48,743 nt of DNA from Clostridia bacterium. Lineage in GTDB: Bacteria; Bacillota; Clostridia; Christensenellales; UBA1242. Every line of letters begins with the position of its first letter. Within the stretch, counting starts at the first letter, position 1. Shown piece by piece: positions 1 to 9,288 of this stretch. The DNA is taken from positions 1-48,743 of the forward strand of contig JAZRJQ010000010.1 in assembly GCA_045645925.1 (NCBI GenBank), written 5' to 3'. Both the position numbers and the translations under genes were made by a program. Under the pieces are notes generated by a model. It did not search any database. It saw only the letters and a list, made by a program, of their open reading frames with translations, and was not told the origin of the DNA.

Positions 1-56
1 ACTTAAAAACATTTTTTGTGTAATATATTAGTAGTAATAAAAAAGGAGAAAATGTT

Positions 57-278
57 ATGGCTAAAAAATCAGATTACTTTGGATTAGGTTATCTTGTAAG
101 CGTAATCCTAGCTATTATTCCTGTAACAGCATGGATTTGCGGTGCTCTTACAAGATTCCAAGAAGGCAAAATTGTTGCTGGTTTAATCAGATTAATCTTC
201 GGTTTCAATATCGTATGGATTATTGACCTTATCATGATGATTACAAGCAAACACATTTGGCGCTTACTTAACGTTTAA
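57..278 (+). CDS. small integral membrane protein (two predicted TM helices), function unknown
   Basis: 73-aa ORF with AAGGAGA Shine-Dalgarno about 7 nt upstream of the ATG. Two hydrophobic segments (LGYLVSVILAIIPVTAWICGAL; FGFNIVWIIDLIMMI). Followed by a hairpin plus T-run. Confidence 0.6.
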   Translation: MAKKSDYFGLGYLVSVILAIIPVTAWICGALTRFQEGKIVAGLIRLIFGFNIVWIIDLIMMITSKHIWRLLNV

Positions 279-292
279 TCTTTTAAACTAAA

Positions 293-323
293 AAACATCA
301 CCAATCAGGTGGTGTTTTTTTAT
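293..323 (+). terminator. rho-independent terminator of the 57..278 gene
   Basis: Stem ACATCACC / GGTGGTGT with a 4-5 nt loop, followed by T7. Confidence 0.6.
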
Positions 324-330
324 GTTTTAA

Positions 331-370
331 AAACAAAAAAAACAACCTGATTTAGGTTGTTTTTGTTTTT
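331..370. terminator. bidirectional hairpin terminator (ends the rpsF-ssb-rpsR operon on the minus strand)
   Basis: Stem AACAACCT / AGGTTGTT (341-361), flanked by an A-run on one side and a T-run on the other. Lies directly 3' of the rpsR stop at 373. Confidence 0.55.
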
Positions 371-372
371 TA

Positions 373-654
373 TTATTCGCCAACGTATGGAATTAATGCC
401 ATGAAACGTGCACGTTTGATAGCTGTTGTTAATTCACGTTGATGTTTTGCACATGTGCCTGTTTGTCTTCTAGGAACAATTTTGCCTTTTTCTGTGATAT
501 ATCTACGTAGTTTGTTGATGTCTTTGTAATCAATATAATCAGCTTTGTCTACGCAAAAATTGCAAACTTTTTTTCTAGAAGTTTTCTTAAAGCGTTTAGG
601 TGCACTAGCAACTTTTTCTTCTGTTGCAACAACTTCGATTTTTTCTTCGCTCAT
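373..654 (-). CDS. rpsR: 30S ribosomal protein S18
   Basis: 93 aa. Conserved S18 core (KKVCNFC...IDYKD...[42 protein letters not shown]). Sits in the canonical rpsF-ssb-rpsR order. Confidence 0.95.
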   Translation of the reverse strand: MSEEKIEVVATEEKVASAPKRFKKTSRKKVCNFCVDKADYIDYKDINKLRRYITEKGKIVPRRQTGTCAKHQRELTTAIKRARFMALIPYVGE

Positions 655-681
655 TATAAAACTCCTTTATACATTATTTAA

Positions 682-1077
682 TTAGAAAGGAAGGTCGTTA
701 TCGTCAATAGGTTCTAACTTTGTTACTTCTTCTTCTCTTCTTGGTTCGCTTCCGTCACTGTTTTTGGTGCTAATAAATTCAACTTCATCAGCAACAACTT
801 CGGTTACATAACGTTTTGTTCCGTCTGGAGCATCGTATGCACGGCTTTGTAAAGTTCCAACAACAGCAGCTTTGCTACCTTTTCTTAAAAACTTATGGCA
901 ATTTTCTGCCAAAGCACGCCAAACCACAACGTTAATGAAATCAGCTTCACGTTCACCACTAGCGTTTGTGTAACGACGTGTTACTGCCAATGCAAAACGA
1001 CAAACTGAAACACCATTTGTTGTTGTTGAAATTTCAGGGTCTTTGGTTAGATTACCAATTAAAATAACTTTATTCAT
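682..1077 (-). CDS. ssb: single-stranded DNA-binding protein
   Basis: 131 aa. N-terminal OB fold (MNKVILIGNLTKDPE...RFALAV) and the acidic C-terminal tip DDNDLPF typical of bacterial SSB. Confidence 0.93.
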   Translation of the reverse strand: MNKVILIGNLTKDPEISTTTNGVSVCRFALAVTRRYTNASGEREADFINVVVWRALAENCHKFLRKGSKAAVVGTLQSRAYDAPDGTKRYVTEVVADEVEFISTKNSDGSEPRREEEVTKLEPIDDNDLPF

Positions 1078-1101
1078 ACTTTTATCCTTACTATAAATTA
1101 A

Positions 1102-1389
1102 TTATGCTTCTTTTTTTAAGCACAAACTACGCATAACAGCTTCATCAATATTCATTAAGTCGTTAATGCGTTTTGGTAAACCAGGTTCTGATTCAAATTC
1201 GAATAAAACATAGTAACCTTCTTTCTTGTAGTTAATAGGGTAAGCAAGTTTTTTAACACCCCATTTGTTGATACCTACAAGTTTGCCATTTTCGCTTTCG
1301 ATTAATTCTGTGTATTTTTTAACAACAGCATCTTTATCTTCGTCTGTAAGTGTTGCAGAGAAAATGGTTAGCATTTCGTATCTGTTCAT
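1102..1389 (-). CDS. rpsF: 30S ribosomal protein S6
   Basis: 95 aa (MNRYEMLTIF...GVKKLAYPINYKKEGYYVLFEFE). AGGAGG Shine-Dalgarno upstream. First gene of the operon. Confidence 0.95.
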   Translation of the reverse strand: MNRYEMLTIFSATLTDEDKDAVVKKYTELIESENGKLVGINKWGVKKLAYPINYKKEGYYVLFEFESEPGLPKRINDLMNIDEAVMRSLCLKKEA

Positions 1390-1473
1390 AAATTACCTCC
1401 TTATGGTCTTATCGGCTTTCTTTTACAAAAGCAAGTTGGCAACTAATAACTCATTTGTATTAATTACGTGTGT

Positions 1474-1502
1474 ATTATAACAAATAAAATTATAATTATC
1501 AA
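1474..1502 (-). promoter_or_regulatory. sigma-A-type promoter for rpsF-ssb-rpsR
   Basis: Minus strand reads TTGATA, a 17-nt spacer, then TATAAT with an upstream TG (TGTTATAAT), about 85 nt upstream of the rpsF ATG. Confidence 0.5.
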
Positions 1503-1589
1503 GCATTAATTTTAATTTATTTATTGCTATTTATATTATTAATTATAAATATATTTAAAACAATAAAAGAGATAAGTTTTACTTATCCC

Positions 1590-2903
1590 TTAAATTTTTG
1601 CTTGAATTTTAAAATCACAAGTAAATGTTACGTGGTTTAAATAATCGTCAGGATTTTTTAAACCTTCTAAAAACTTACGCCATTTTTTGTTGTGATATTT
1701 ATGGAAATATTCATAAACACCTAACACATCAGCCTTTTCGTTTTTTGCAACATTAACAATTTGAGAAATTTCGTTTTCTAGGGTTATTTTGAGTTTGTTT
1801 TCAACTTCACCCGTAACATAGTTTTGAACAGATTTCATATTGTTTAAAGTCAAATTTTCCATAACCACTTCTTCCAATTTTACAACCAAATCAACGTCAA
1901 AATTAAACACAGGTTTATCACCCCCAAAAGAGCCTTCTTTTTTGCTTGTTTTGTCAAAAATTTCGAAGCACAAATCAGCATTTTTAAAGCCATTTGCAGT
2001 AACATTTTCAATTTTAACATGTCCACGTTTTGTGTTTTTGTCAATCAAACTAATTCCACGCATTTGTTCAGTGCTTAAAATTGTTACAAGTTTACCGTTT
2101 TTAACAATTGCGCCTTTGCCATCGTTTTTAATAATTTTTTGCGCTCTACCACTTGCACTTTCACCACCACTTTCGTTTTCTCCGCCACCACTACTACCAC
2201 TAACACTTCGTTGTGTAGATGTGTTTTCTTTGCTTGATTGCGTTTTATTTTGTGTTGCTCCTTCACCATCAATTTGGTTGTCTGGTTGCTTACTATCACC
2301 AGAATTTAACACTGGCACCATTGCAACATTAGGCTTTGAAAAATAGTTTAAATAAAAATAGTCAATATTGGCTTTTTCACCCAGTGAATATTCGTTGTTC
2401 AATAAAAATATTTCACTTAGGGAAACAGCCCTTAACCCTTTTTGTTCAGCACTTGTTTCAATAATAGTTTTTGCATCTTGCTCTGCAATAATTATGGTTG
2501 CATTGGAAGTTAAGTTGTTTGTTCTAACAAAAAAATCGATATATTTTGTTACATCTTCCAAAAACAATTCTTTGTTTATTATTATTGAATCACAATGTGC
2601 CAAGCCCGGCATTTTTCCAATCAACAACGTTAGGTTTGAAAAAGCAGTTGACACATCTTCACCCAACACACACACTGTTTTTACTGTTCCATCTGTTCCA
2701 CCACTACTGCCTGCTTGCCCACTATTTGGCACAACAATGTTTGCACTTAACAACAATTTATCTTCTTGTTTATCAAGCCCTAAACTGGTAACGACTGCAA
2801 CTTTTTCGGTTTCAGCTTGCTGTGATAACGAAAAAGGAATCAACACAAACACAAAAGCCATAACATAAACAATCAGTTTTCGTTTTTTTATAAAGTTAAG
2901 CAT
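1590..2903 (-). CDS. spore germination protein, Ger(x)C family (C subunit of GerA-type receptor), atypical N-terminus
   Basis: Third gene after the GerAA- and GerAB-like genes. VAVVTSLGLDK... core typical of GerAC. I prefer the ATG at 2903 (AAGGTGG SD 8 nt upstream; ATGCTTAA overlap with the upstream stop) over the track start at 2915. There is no lipobox Cys. Confidence 0.75.
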   Translation of the reverse strand: MLNFIKKRKLIVYVMAFVFVLIPFSLSQQAETEKVAVVTSLGLDKQEDKLLLSANIVVPNSGQAGSSGGTDGTVKTVCVLGEDVSTAFSNLTLLIGKMPGLAHCDSIIINKELFLEDVTKYIDFFVRTNNLTSNATIIIAEQDAKTIIETSAEQKGLRAVSLSEIFLLNNEYSLGEKANIDYFYLNYFSKPNVAMVPVLNSGDSKQPDNQIDGEGATQNKTQSSKENTSTQRSVSGSSGGGENESGGESASGRAQKIIKNDGKGAIVKNGKLVTILSTEQMRGISLIDKNTKRGHVKIENVTANGFKNADLCFEIFDKTSKKEGSFGGDKPVFNFDVDLVVKLEEVVMENLTLNNMKSVQNYVTGEVENKLKITLENEISQIVNVAKNEKADVLGVYEYFHKYHNKKWRKFLEGLKNPDDYLNHVTFTCDFKIQAKI

Positions 2904-4092
2904 TTTTAACACCACCTTTTCGGCTTTTATACTTATGCTTTGTCACCGTTCCACAAATTTCGGTTAATTCATATTTTATTAATTTGTGCCTAAAAACATC
3001 GGTTAATTTTGTTTTGTTTTTTTGTGTTTTTATTGCCGACACAACCACTACCACCAAAAGCACTGCCTGAAAACTCAAATCGGCTATAATAAACGGTAAA
3101 CTTGTTATAATGTTTATTGCCCTAATCAAATTTAAATAAAGCAAGGCAACACTAATTAAAACACTTATAACAATAACAAACATTGTTACAATCTTGTTTT
3201 GAATATTAAAACATTGTCCAACAAGTTTTGCTGAACTAAGCATAACAATTCCAACTTGCAAAAACAAAATTATTAACCAAAACAATATATTTAACCAGTT
3301 AATGCTTCCGTTCAAAGTGTTAATGCTTGTGTACAACAAAAGTTCGCTTAGTGCCAACGAATGATTTAAACCAGTGTCACCAAATACTGCTGAAAAAACA
3401 ATATAAAAACCAACAACAAAAATATCTGTTACCAACAACCATGTTAACACTGTTTTTGTGGTTTTGGGTTTAAATTCAACCTTGCCCATAAGTAAAAATA
3501 AAATTAAATAATCACCAAATGTGAATGAACACCTAAACACCCCCACAAAAACACCAGCAACACCATTTTCAAAAATTGGCAACAAATTTGAAAAATCAGC
3601 TTGCGTTGCTGGAATTACAACAGAAACAACCAAAGCCAATGCTATAAGCCAAATAAAAAGTTGGATTGTTCTGCCAAAAGTTCTAAAATCTTTTAATACC
3701 ATATAACCAATTAAAACTAACAACGGAATAACATACACAAACCAATTAATATCGTCAAACAAAGTTTCATTAAAGTAATTATGAATTTCTTTTATAATTA
3801 AAATTCCTTTACAAAACAAATGCACTGCTAACAAAAAAATTAAAATTTTTGCAACAACTTTACCAAACGCCCTAACAATTAGTTGTTGCAATGTTACATT
3901 TGGATTGTTTTTCATAACACCCAAAACAATTGCACAAAACAAAAAATCAATAGCCAAACCTATTGCAACCGAAATATAAACATCACTAAACGCATATTTG
4001 GCAAACAAAGCAGGAAAAACCAAAAAGTTTAAGCCAATTGTTGTAATACACAAAATTAGTGCACACTGCATTCCACTTATCTTTTTTGTCAT
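2896..4092 (-). CDS. spore germination protein, GerAB/APC-permease-like B subunit
   Basis: 398 aa, about 10 TM polytopic protein between the A and C subunits. Its start abuts the stop of the A subunit. Confidence 0.85.
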   Translation of the reverse strand: MTKKISGMQCALILCITTIGLNFLVFPALFAKYAFSDVYISVAIGLAIDFLFCAIVLGVMKNNPNVTLQQLIVRAFGKVVAKILIFLLAVHLFCKGILIIKEIHNYFNETLFDDINWFVYVIPLLVLIGYMVLKDFRTFGRTIQLFIWLIALALVVSVVIPATQADFSNLLPIFENGVAGVFVGVFRCSFTFGDYLILFLLMGKVEFKPKTTKTVLTWLLVTDIFVVGFYIVFSAVFGDTGLNHSLALSELLLYTSINTLNGSINWLNILFWLIILFLQVGIVMLSSAKLVGQCFNIQNKIVTMFVIVISVLISVALLYLNLIRAINIITSLPFIIADLSFQAVLLVVVVVSAIKTQKNKTKLTDVFRHKLIKYELTEICGTVTKHKYKSRKGGVKNA

Positions 4093-5544
4093 TTACCCCA
4101 TTCTCCTTCTGTTTTTGTTAGTAATTGATTTTGGTCTGGTTTTCATGCTTGTTAGTGGCTTTTTAAAAACTGCATCTTTTAAATCGTTTTGAACAATTGG
4201 CGAAAATGGACTTAAATATGGTGATTTGTAATTATCAAAATCATTTAAATATAAAATCAAAAACAAACTAAAAATCACAATTCCATAAAACCCTAACGCA
4301 CTTCCAATAATTGTATAAATCACTCTCAAAATACTTAACTGATTTGCTTGGTCAGGAATTGTGTAAAGCGTTATACCACTTAACGCAATAATCATTACAG
4401 CCGGTGGCGAAATTATTCCAGCCTTAACTGCTGTGTCACCTAAAATCAGTGCACCCACAACCGACAACGCAATTCCTAAATACTCTGGCATTCTTAAACT
4501 TGCTTCATACAAAATTTCAAACAGCACAAGCACAAACAAAATTTCAACCACTGGGCTTAGTGGCAATCCTTGTGTTGAATTTATTATTGTTACCAAAAAA
4601 GAAAGTGGCACTGCTTTGTAATGATACATTTGCATTGCAATATAAAGACCAGGCAACAACATTGTTATAAAACAACTTGCAATTCTAAGCATTCTAACAA
4701 ACGTTGCGTGCGATGCATCTTTATAGTAATCATCGGCAGCCTGAAAATCTTCCATAAGCACAAACGGCAAAGTTATTGCAAGTGGCGAACCATCAACCAA
4801 AATAATAATTCTGCCTTCAAGCATTTTTGCACAAGCAATATCTGGTTTTTCAGTGTTGCCAAGTTGCTTAAACATGCTTGCCTTGTGTGGCTTTAAAAAC
4901 TCTGCAACATAGTAGCTATCAATAATTCCATCAATGTTAATACTTTTAAGTTTGTTAATAATTTTTTTAACCAACGTTTTATCGGCAACATTTTCTAAAT
5001 ACATAACACACACATCTGTGCTTGTTATTTTTCCAACTTTAAGCATATGTGTTTTAAGTTGGTTGGTTGCAAAAATTTTACGAATTACTGCAATGTTTGT
5101 TTTTATGTTTTCATTAAACCCTTCACGTGGACCTTTTAAAACTGCACTTGTTGGTGGTTCGGTTAAACTACGTTCCTTGGGGTTGTCAAGTTCCAAAACA
5201 AACACTTTGTTGGTATTGTTAAAAATTAACACAACTTTTCCTTTTGTTATTTCATTTATAACATTAGAAAAATCAGTTTCTGTTTTCACTTCCGGAAACG
5301 AAATCACATTATTCACAACATAGTCAACCTGATTTATTTTTGGCATATTTTGTGCTGTTTGCATGGGTTTTATGACATAATCTGCCAATTGTACAACATT
5401 AACCATACCTTTCAAATACATCACAGCAACATCGTAATTACCAGTTTTAAACTGCTTAACAATAACATCGTTGCTACAAAAAAAAGATTTTTTTATGTTT
5501 AAAATATTAACTTTTAAAGACTTAGAAATTTGCATAACCAACAA
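4093..5544 (-). CDS. spore germination protein, GerAA family A subunit
   Basis: 483 aa. Conserved GerA signatures (TEPPTSAVLKGPREGFNENIKTNIAVIRK; C-terminal TM bundle). The start could instead be the ATG at 5535. Confidence 0.9.
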   Translation of the reverse strand: MLVMQISKSLKVNILNIKKSFFCSNDVIVKQFKTGNYDVAVMYLKGMVNVVQLADYVIKPMQTAQNMPKINQVDYVVNNVISFPEVKTETDFSNVINEITKGKVVLIFNNTNKVFVLELDNPKERSLTEPPTSAVLKGPREGFNENIKTNIAVIRKIFATNQLKTHMLKVGKITSTDVCVMYLENVADKTLVKKIINKLKSINIDGIIDSYYVAEFLKPHKASMFKQLGNTEKPDIACAKMLEGRIIILVDGSPLAITLPFVLMEDFQAADDYYKDASHATFVRMLRIASCFITMLLPGLYIAMQMYHYKAVPLSFLVTIINSTQGLPLSPVVEILFVLVLFEILYEASLRMPEYLGIALSVVGALILGDTAVKAGIISPPAVMIIALSGITLYTIPDQANQLSILRVIYTIIGSALGFYGIVIFSLFLILYLNDFDNYKSPYLSPFSPIVQNDLKDAVFKKPLTSMKTRPKSITNKNRRRMG

Positions 5545-5640
5545 CTTTTCCTTAAAAAAATAGTTAGTTTAGTTTGCGAAATTTTACCAAATTTATGCAA
5601 ATTTAATTATTGCACAGGCATTAAAAACAATTATTAAAAA

Positions 5641-5670
5641 CAAAAAAAGTTGGAGCAAAACTCCAACTTT
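5641..5670 (-). terminator. rho-independent terminator ending the surface locus
   Basis: Stem AGTTGGAG / CTCCAACT with a 4-nt loop and T7 on the minus strand, 11 nt after the stop of 5681..7789. Confidence 0.6.
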
Positions 5671-5680
5671 ATTTATATTT

Positions 5681-7789
5681 TTAATTTGCAGAATCACCTA
5701 AGTTAATAAGTGTTAAACAATAAATTGTGCCATAGGTTGTTGTGCTTACACGTTGGCAAGTCCAACCAATAACCAAAATGTTTGCATCACTTATTCCACA
5801 TGCTTGTTTAACTGCTTTACACTCTGTTGTAACTTGTTCATCGTGAGCAACATCGTTAACAACAGGCAATGTGATGTAGTCACCACTAAAAGCAACTTCG
5901 TAACTTAAATTACCACTTTCCAACATATAATTAACAAGTTTGATATATTCTTCACGTGAGTTAATAATTCTTAAATCTGTTCCGTTATATGTTGAATTGC
6001 CATAGAAATAATAATCTTCATTAGCAGGCATTGAATTATCATAAGCTTCGTCAACCGGATAGTGCGTTGCCGCAATATAACTATCTGAAACCAAGAAATA
6101 TTTATAACTTAAAAATTCTTTTGAATTAAAGTTTATTGCTTCGCCACCAGTTGTAAAATCACCAACACCCGTTTTTGTTACTGTCCAAGTAATATCTACA
6201 ACATACCACTTACCATTTAACAAAACTTTGTTCCAAGCATGCAATCCTTGGTACACACCATTTTTATAAATTTTACCTGTTATACGTTTACAATCAATAC
6301 CTTCCATGTTGCATAGCAATGCAAATGTTTTAGAGAATCCATCGCAAACTGCCAAGCCATCGTCTAGTACACCTTCCAAATAGAAACTTGTGTAACTAAT
6401 AAAACTTGGTGTTGCGTTTGCATCTAAATCAACAATTTGGTCATCATAAACAGAGTTAAATGAAACATAATCAAAAATACTTAAAATTTTCTCATAGGTT
6501 GTCATTTCGTCCATAACAATTTCACGTAACACTTTTTTAGCATCTTGATATAATTCATACGCTTTGCTTGTGGTTCCATTAAACAATGGTGTTGCACCAC
6601 TTTCAACAACATGATAAAGTTGTTCACCAGTTTCAACATATTCAGTAACTGATTGTTTATCACTTGCAAAATTATCGTAAGTTTCAGAACGTTTTGTATA
6701 ATTTACTTGTTTATAGTATGGTGTATCAAAACTATTTTGAGTTCTAACTTTGTTTGTTGTGTTTACTGGTTGTTTTCCACCAGCAAATGTAAAGTTTATT
6801 GTAAAATCATTTTTGCTTGGATTTGATGCAGTAATGTTTGACAGGTTTGTGTCGTAATCACATGTTTCAGTAAAACTATAACATGCTTTTTCAACGGCTT
6901 TTGATAAATGATATAATTCAATCCTTTGGCCATACGAATAACCAACTGAACCATAAGTGTTAATTAGTTGTTGCATGTATGCATCAGAGAAATACACATC
7001 CAACTTATCAACTTTATAAATAAATCCATAATAAATAAGTTTGTTTAATTCTGCTTGGCTTGTGATGTTGTAATCACCAACAAAACCATCAATGTAGAAA
7101 TATTTTGAAGTATAAGAATTGTTTGTTTGATTTGTGTTGTAATAAATTTGTTTTGAAAGTGTTACTTGATTTTCACCACTTTCTACGCCAACACGAAACA
7201 AAACAACTTCATCATCGTCAACATATTCATCAAAATTAAACCCGTTAACATCTGTTTCAAAATATCTTAAACCCAACGCATTTGTGTAAAGTGAAACATA
7301 ATATTCTGTTGCCCCAGATACTTCGTTCCAACTTAGCACTTTATCGTTGATTGTTATGTTTTCAACAATGTTTGGCAAAGAGTTGTCAACCAACATTTGT
7401 GATTCAACACTTACACCTTCAGTTGAATTTAAGTAGGTTACAACATTACTTTTTAAACTATCATTGTACCCTTCTGCATAAGCAATTACGTAAAGTTTAT
7501 ATATTTTAACATCATCGTTTACAGCAGTTGAAAAGTTGCAATAGTTAATGTCGGCTGTTGCCGCAATTGTTTCGTACAATGTTGAATTTAAATAAACATT
7601 ATATTTTTCAGCATTTTCAACTGCATTCCAGTTAATTGTTTTATTTTCGGTATCTAAAACAACCACTGGTGTTTTTAAGTCAGGAGCAAACCACTCACCA
7701 AACGAACAGCCTGCCAACGAAAAAGACGAAAAAAACATAACTATTAAAGATAACAATGTAAGTAATTTCTTTTTCACTTTTTTCTCCAT
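5681..7789 (-). CDS. lipoprotein with two Fn3-like modules and a C-terminal transglutaminase-like (Cys-His-Asp) core
   Basis: Lipobox SLAGC at the N-terminus. Modules carry the xNW..V..A..Y.VY signature (INWNAVENAEKYNVYL; LSWNEVSGATEYYVSL). Transglutaminase-core motif: GLAVCDGFSKTFALLCN...GLHAWNKVLLNGKWYVVDITW. Confidence 0.8.
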   Translation of the reverse strand: MEKKVKKKLLTLLSLIVMFFSSFSLAGCSFGEWFAPDLKTPVVVLDTENKTINWNAVENAEKYNVYLNSTLYETIAATADINYCNFSTAVNDDVKIYKLYVIAYAEGYNDSLKSNVVTYLNSTEGVSVESQMLVDNSLPNIVENITINDKVLSWNEVSGATEYYVSLYTNALGLRYFETDVNGFNFDEYVDDDEVVLFRVGVESGENQVTLSKQIYYNTNQTNNSYTSKYFYIDGFVGDYNITSQAELNKLIYYGFIYKVDKLDVYFSDAYMQQLINTYGSVGYSYGQRIELYHLSKAVEKACYSFTETCDYDTNLSNITASNPSKNDFTINFTFAGGKQPVNTTNKVRTQNSFDTPYYKQVNYTKRSETYDNFASDKQSVTEYVETGEQLYHVVESGATPLFNGTTSKAYELYQDAKKVLREIVMDEMTTYEKILSIFDYVSFNSVYDDQIVDLDANATPSFISYTSFYLEGVLDDGLAVCDGFSKTFALLCNMEGIDCKRITGKIYKNGVYQGLHAWNKVLLNGKWYVVDITWTVTKTGVGDFTTGGEAINFNSKEFLSYKYFLVSDSYIAATHYPVDEAYDNSMPANEDYYFYGNSTYNGTDLRIINSREEYIKLVNYMLESGNLSYEVAFSGDYITLPVVNDVAHDEQVTTECKAVKQACGISDANILVIGWTCQRVSTTTYGTIYCLTLINLGDSAN

Positions 7790-7841
7790 ATATATTTTAT
7801 AACTTTTGTAATAGTATATTCATTAAAAACAAATTTAACTA

Positions 7842-9275
7842 TTACCTTTTCTGATTGTAGTTTATAAATTCAAATTTTTTCTTTTTCTTACGTCTGGTTG
7901 AAACAATAATAATAGCTAAAATTAAAATAACTGCAACACACGCAAACACAATAATCCACCAAATGTTAATATCGGTTTGTTGTTCTTCTTCGTGTTCACC
8001 TGTGTCTGGGAACGTTGTTGTTATATATTCAACCCAATTTTGTGGGGCGTTTGCCCAAATTTCACGGTTTTTTACAATACTTGGAATTGCTTCCAATGCT
8101 TCAATATCAACCTTTAAAATCGCATCGTTTCCACCAATAACTTCGGTTATTTTTGTTTCGCTAAACCTTAGCCAATTAATTAATGTAACCTTTTCGTTAG
8201 GCCACAAAACCTTACGGCAATAATAATAACCATCATCTTCTTTAACAACTGGTGTTGGATCGGTTGCGCTATTAGTATAGCCTGCTTCAATATCAGCATC
8301 ATACCTTTCCCAAACTTCGGTGTCTGGTTCAAAATAAATATAATCTTCGTATTCAACACCATTAACAATTAATGTTATTTTAAAACGAACATAAATTGTT
8401 AACCATTCATCAATATCGGTATCACCAGCAATTGAATTGCTATTACTTGCAACAATGTTTAGTGCAAACCTATCTCCCGGGCTAACATCTTTTGGAATTA
8501 GCTCACCAGTAACTTCGGTATCATAAAAAATATCTTTATTGGTCATGCTAACACTAACACGTATGTACTGATCAGCATAAGCTGTTGTATGCCTAATATA
8601 CAAGAACACACCCAAAGCAATAACAGCAATCAACATTAACACTAGCGCAACAGTTATAATAATTGTTATTATTTGCCTACGAATGTCAACAATATCTTTA
8701 ATACGCTGCCTGGAATACCTATAAACGTCTTCCATAAGTTGTTCGTTCTTTCTAGCAATACGTTCCGATCTTCCAATAAGCTTGCCGGTTCTATCTCTGT
8801 ACCCAATTTCTTCTTTTGTGTTACCTTGTTCTTCTTGCAAGGCTTTGTTTTTATCTTCAAAACTAGGTTCATCAGCCATAAGCTCACGTTTAATACGAGC
8901 TATTTTTTTCTTATCAATTTTTTGTTTTTCTTTTGATGCATCATTAGTATTTGCATCATCTTTTGATGAAACTTCTTCAAACTTAACATTATGTTTTTTT
9001 GAATCTTTCATTGCCTTTTCAGCTTTTGAAATAATGTCATCGTGCTCATGGCTGTTAACATCATAAGTTAGTTTTGGATTTTTGCCTATGTTTTGAACTT
9101 GTTCGTGAATATCTTCAAGTTTTTCTTTTGTTTTTTTGTGTTGAGCAACAGTTGAAATTTTTTCAGAAACTTTATTTATTTTTTTTGCAGCATCAGCAAA
9201 TTTAGCAGCAGAAGAAGATGCCGATTTTTCGGCATTAGTTTCAACTTTCCTTTTTTCATCTTTTTCTTCTGCCAT
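7842..9275 (-). CDS. bitopic membrane protein: K/E-rich cytoplasmic N-domain, TM, extracellular TasA-like beta domain, C-terminal TM plus poly-Lys
   Basis: 477 aa. About 200 aa of charged low-complexity N-terminus. TM IITIIITVALVLMLIAVIALGVFLYI. The ectodomain shares GYYYCRKV and IWANAPQNW motifs with 10254..10979. Terminal TM WWIIVFACVAVILILAIIIV is followed by RRKKKKK. Only a 13-nt gap to the upstream gene. Confidence 0.6.
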   Translation of the reverse strand: MAEEKDEKRKVETNAEKSASSSAAKFADAAKKINKVSEKISTVAQHKKTKEKLEDIHEQVQNIGKNPKLTYDVNSHEHDDIISKAEKAMKDSKKHNVKFEEVSSKDDANTNDASKEKQKIDKKKIARIKRELMADEPSFEDKNKALQEEQGNTKEEIGYRDRTGKLIGRSERIARKNEQLMEDVYRYSRQRIKDIVDIRRQIITIIITVALVLMLIAVIALGVFLYIRHTTAYADQYIRVSVSMTNKDIFYDTEVTGELIPKDVSPGDRFALNIVASNSNSIAGDTDIDEWLTIYVRFKITLIVNGVEYEDYIYFEPDTEVWERYDADIEAGYTNSATDPTPVVKEDDGYYYCRKVLWPNEKVTLINWLRFSETKITEVIGGNDAILKVDIEALEAIPSIVKNREIWANAPQNWVEYITTTFPDTGEHEEEQQTDINIWWIIVFACVAVILILAIIIVSTRRKKKKKFEFINYNQKR

Positions 9276-9288
9276 AATCTAAACCCTT

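Noticed and set aside
1840-2868. Plus-strand ORFs of 168 and 166 aa (1840..2346, 2368..2868) antisense to the GerC-like gene. Similar antisense ORFs occur at 4934..5323, 27797..28102, 39527..39892 and 47512..47901.
   Set aside because: They lie wholly inside strongly supported genes on the other strand. They have no SD, and their translations are low-complexity Ser/Leu/Phe-rich strings typical of the antisense frame of AT-rich coding DNA.
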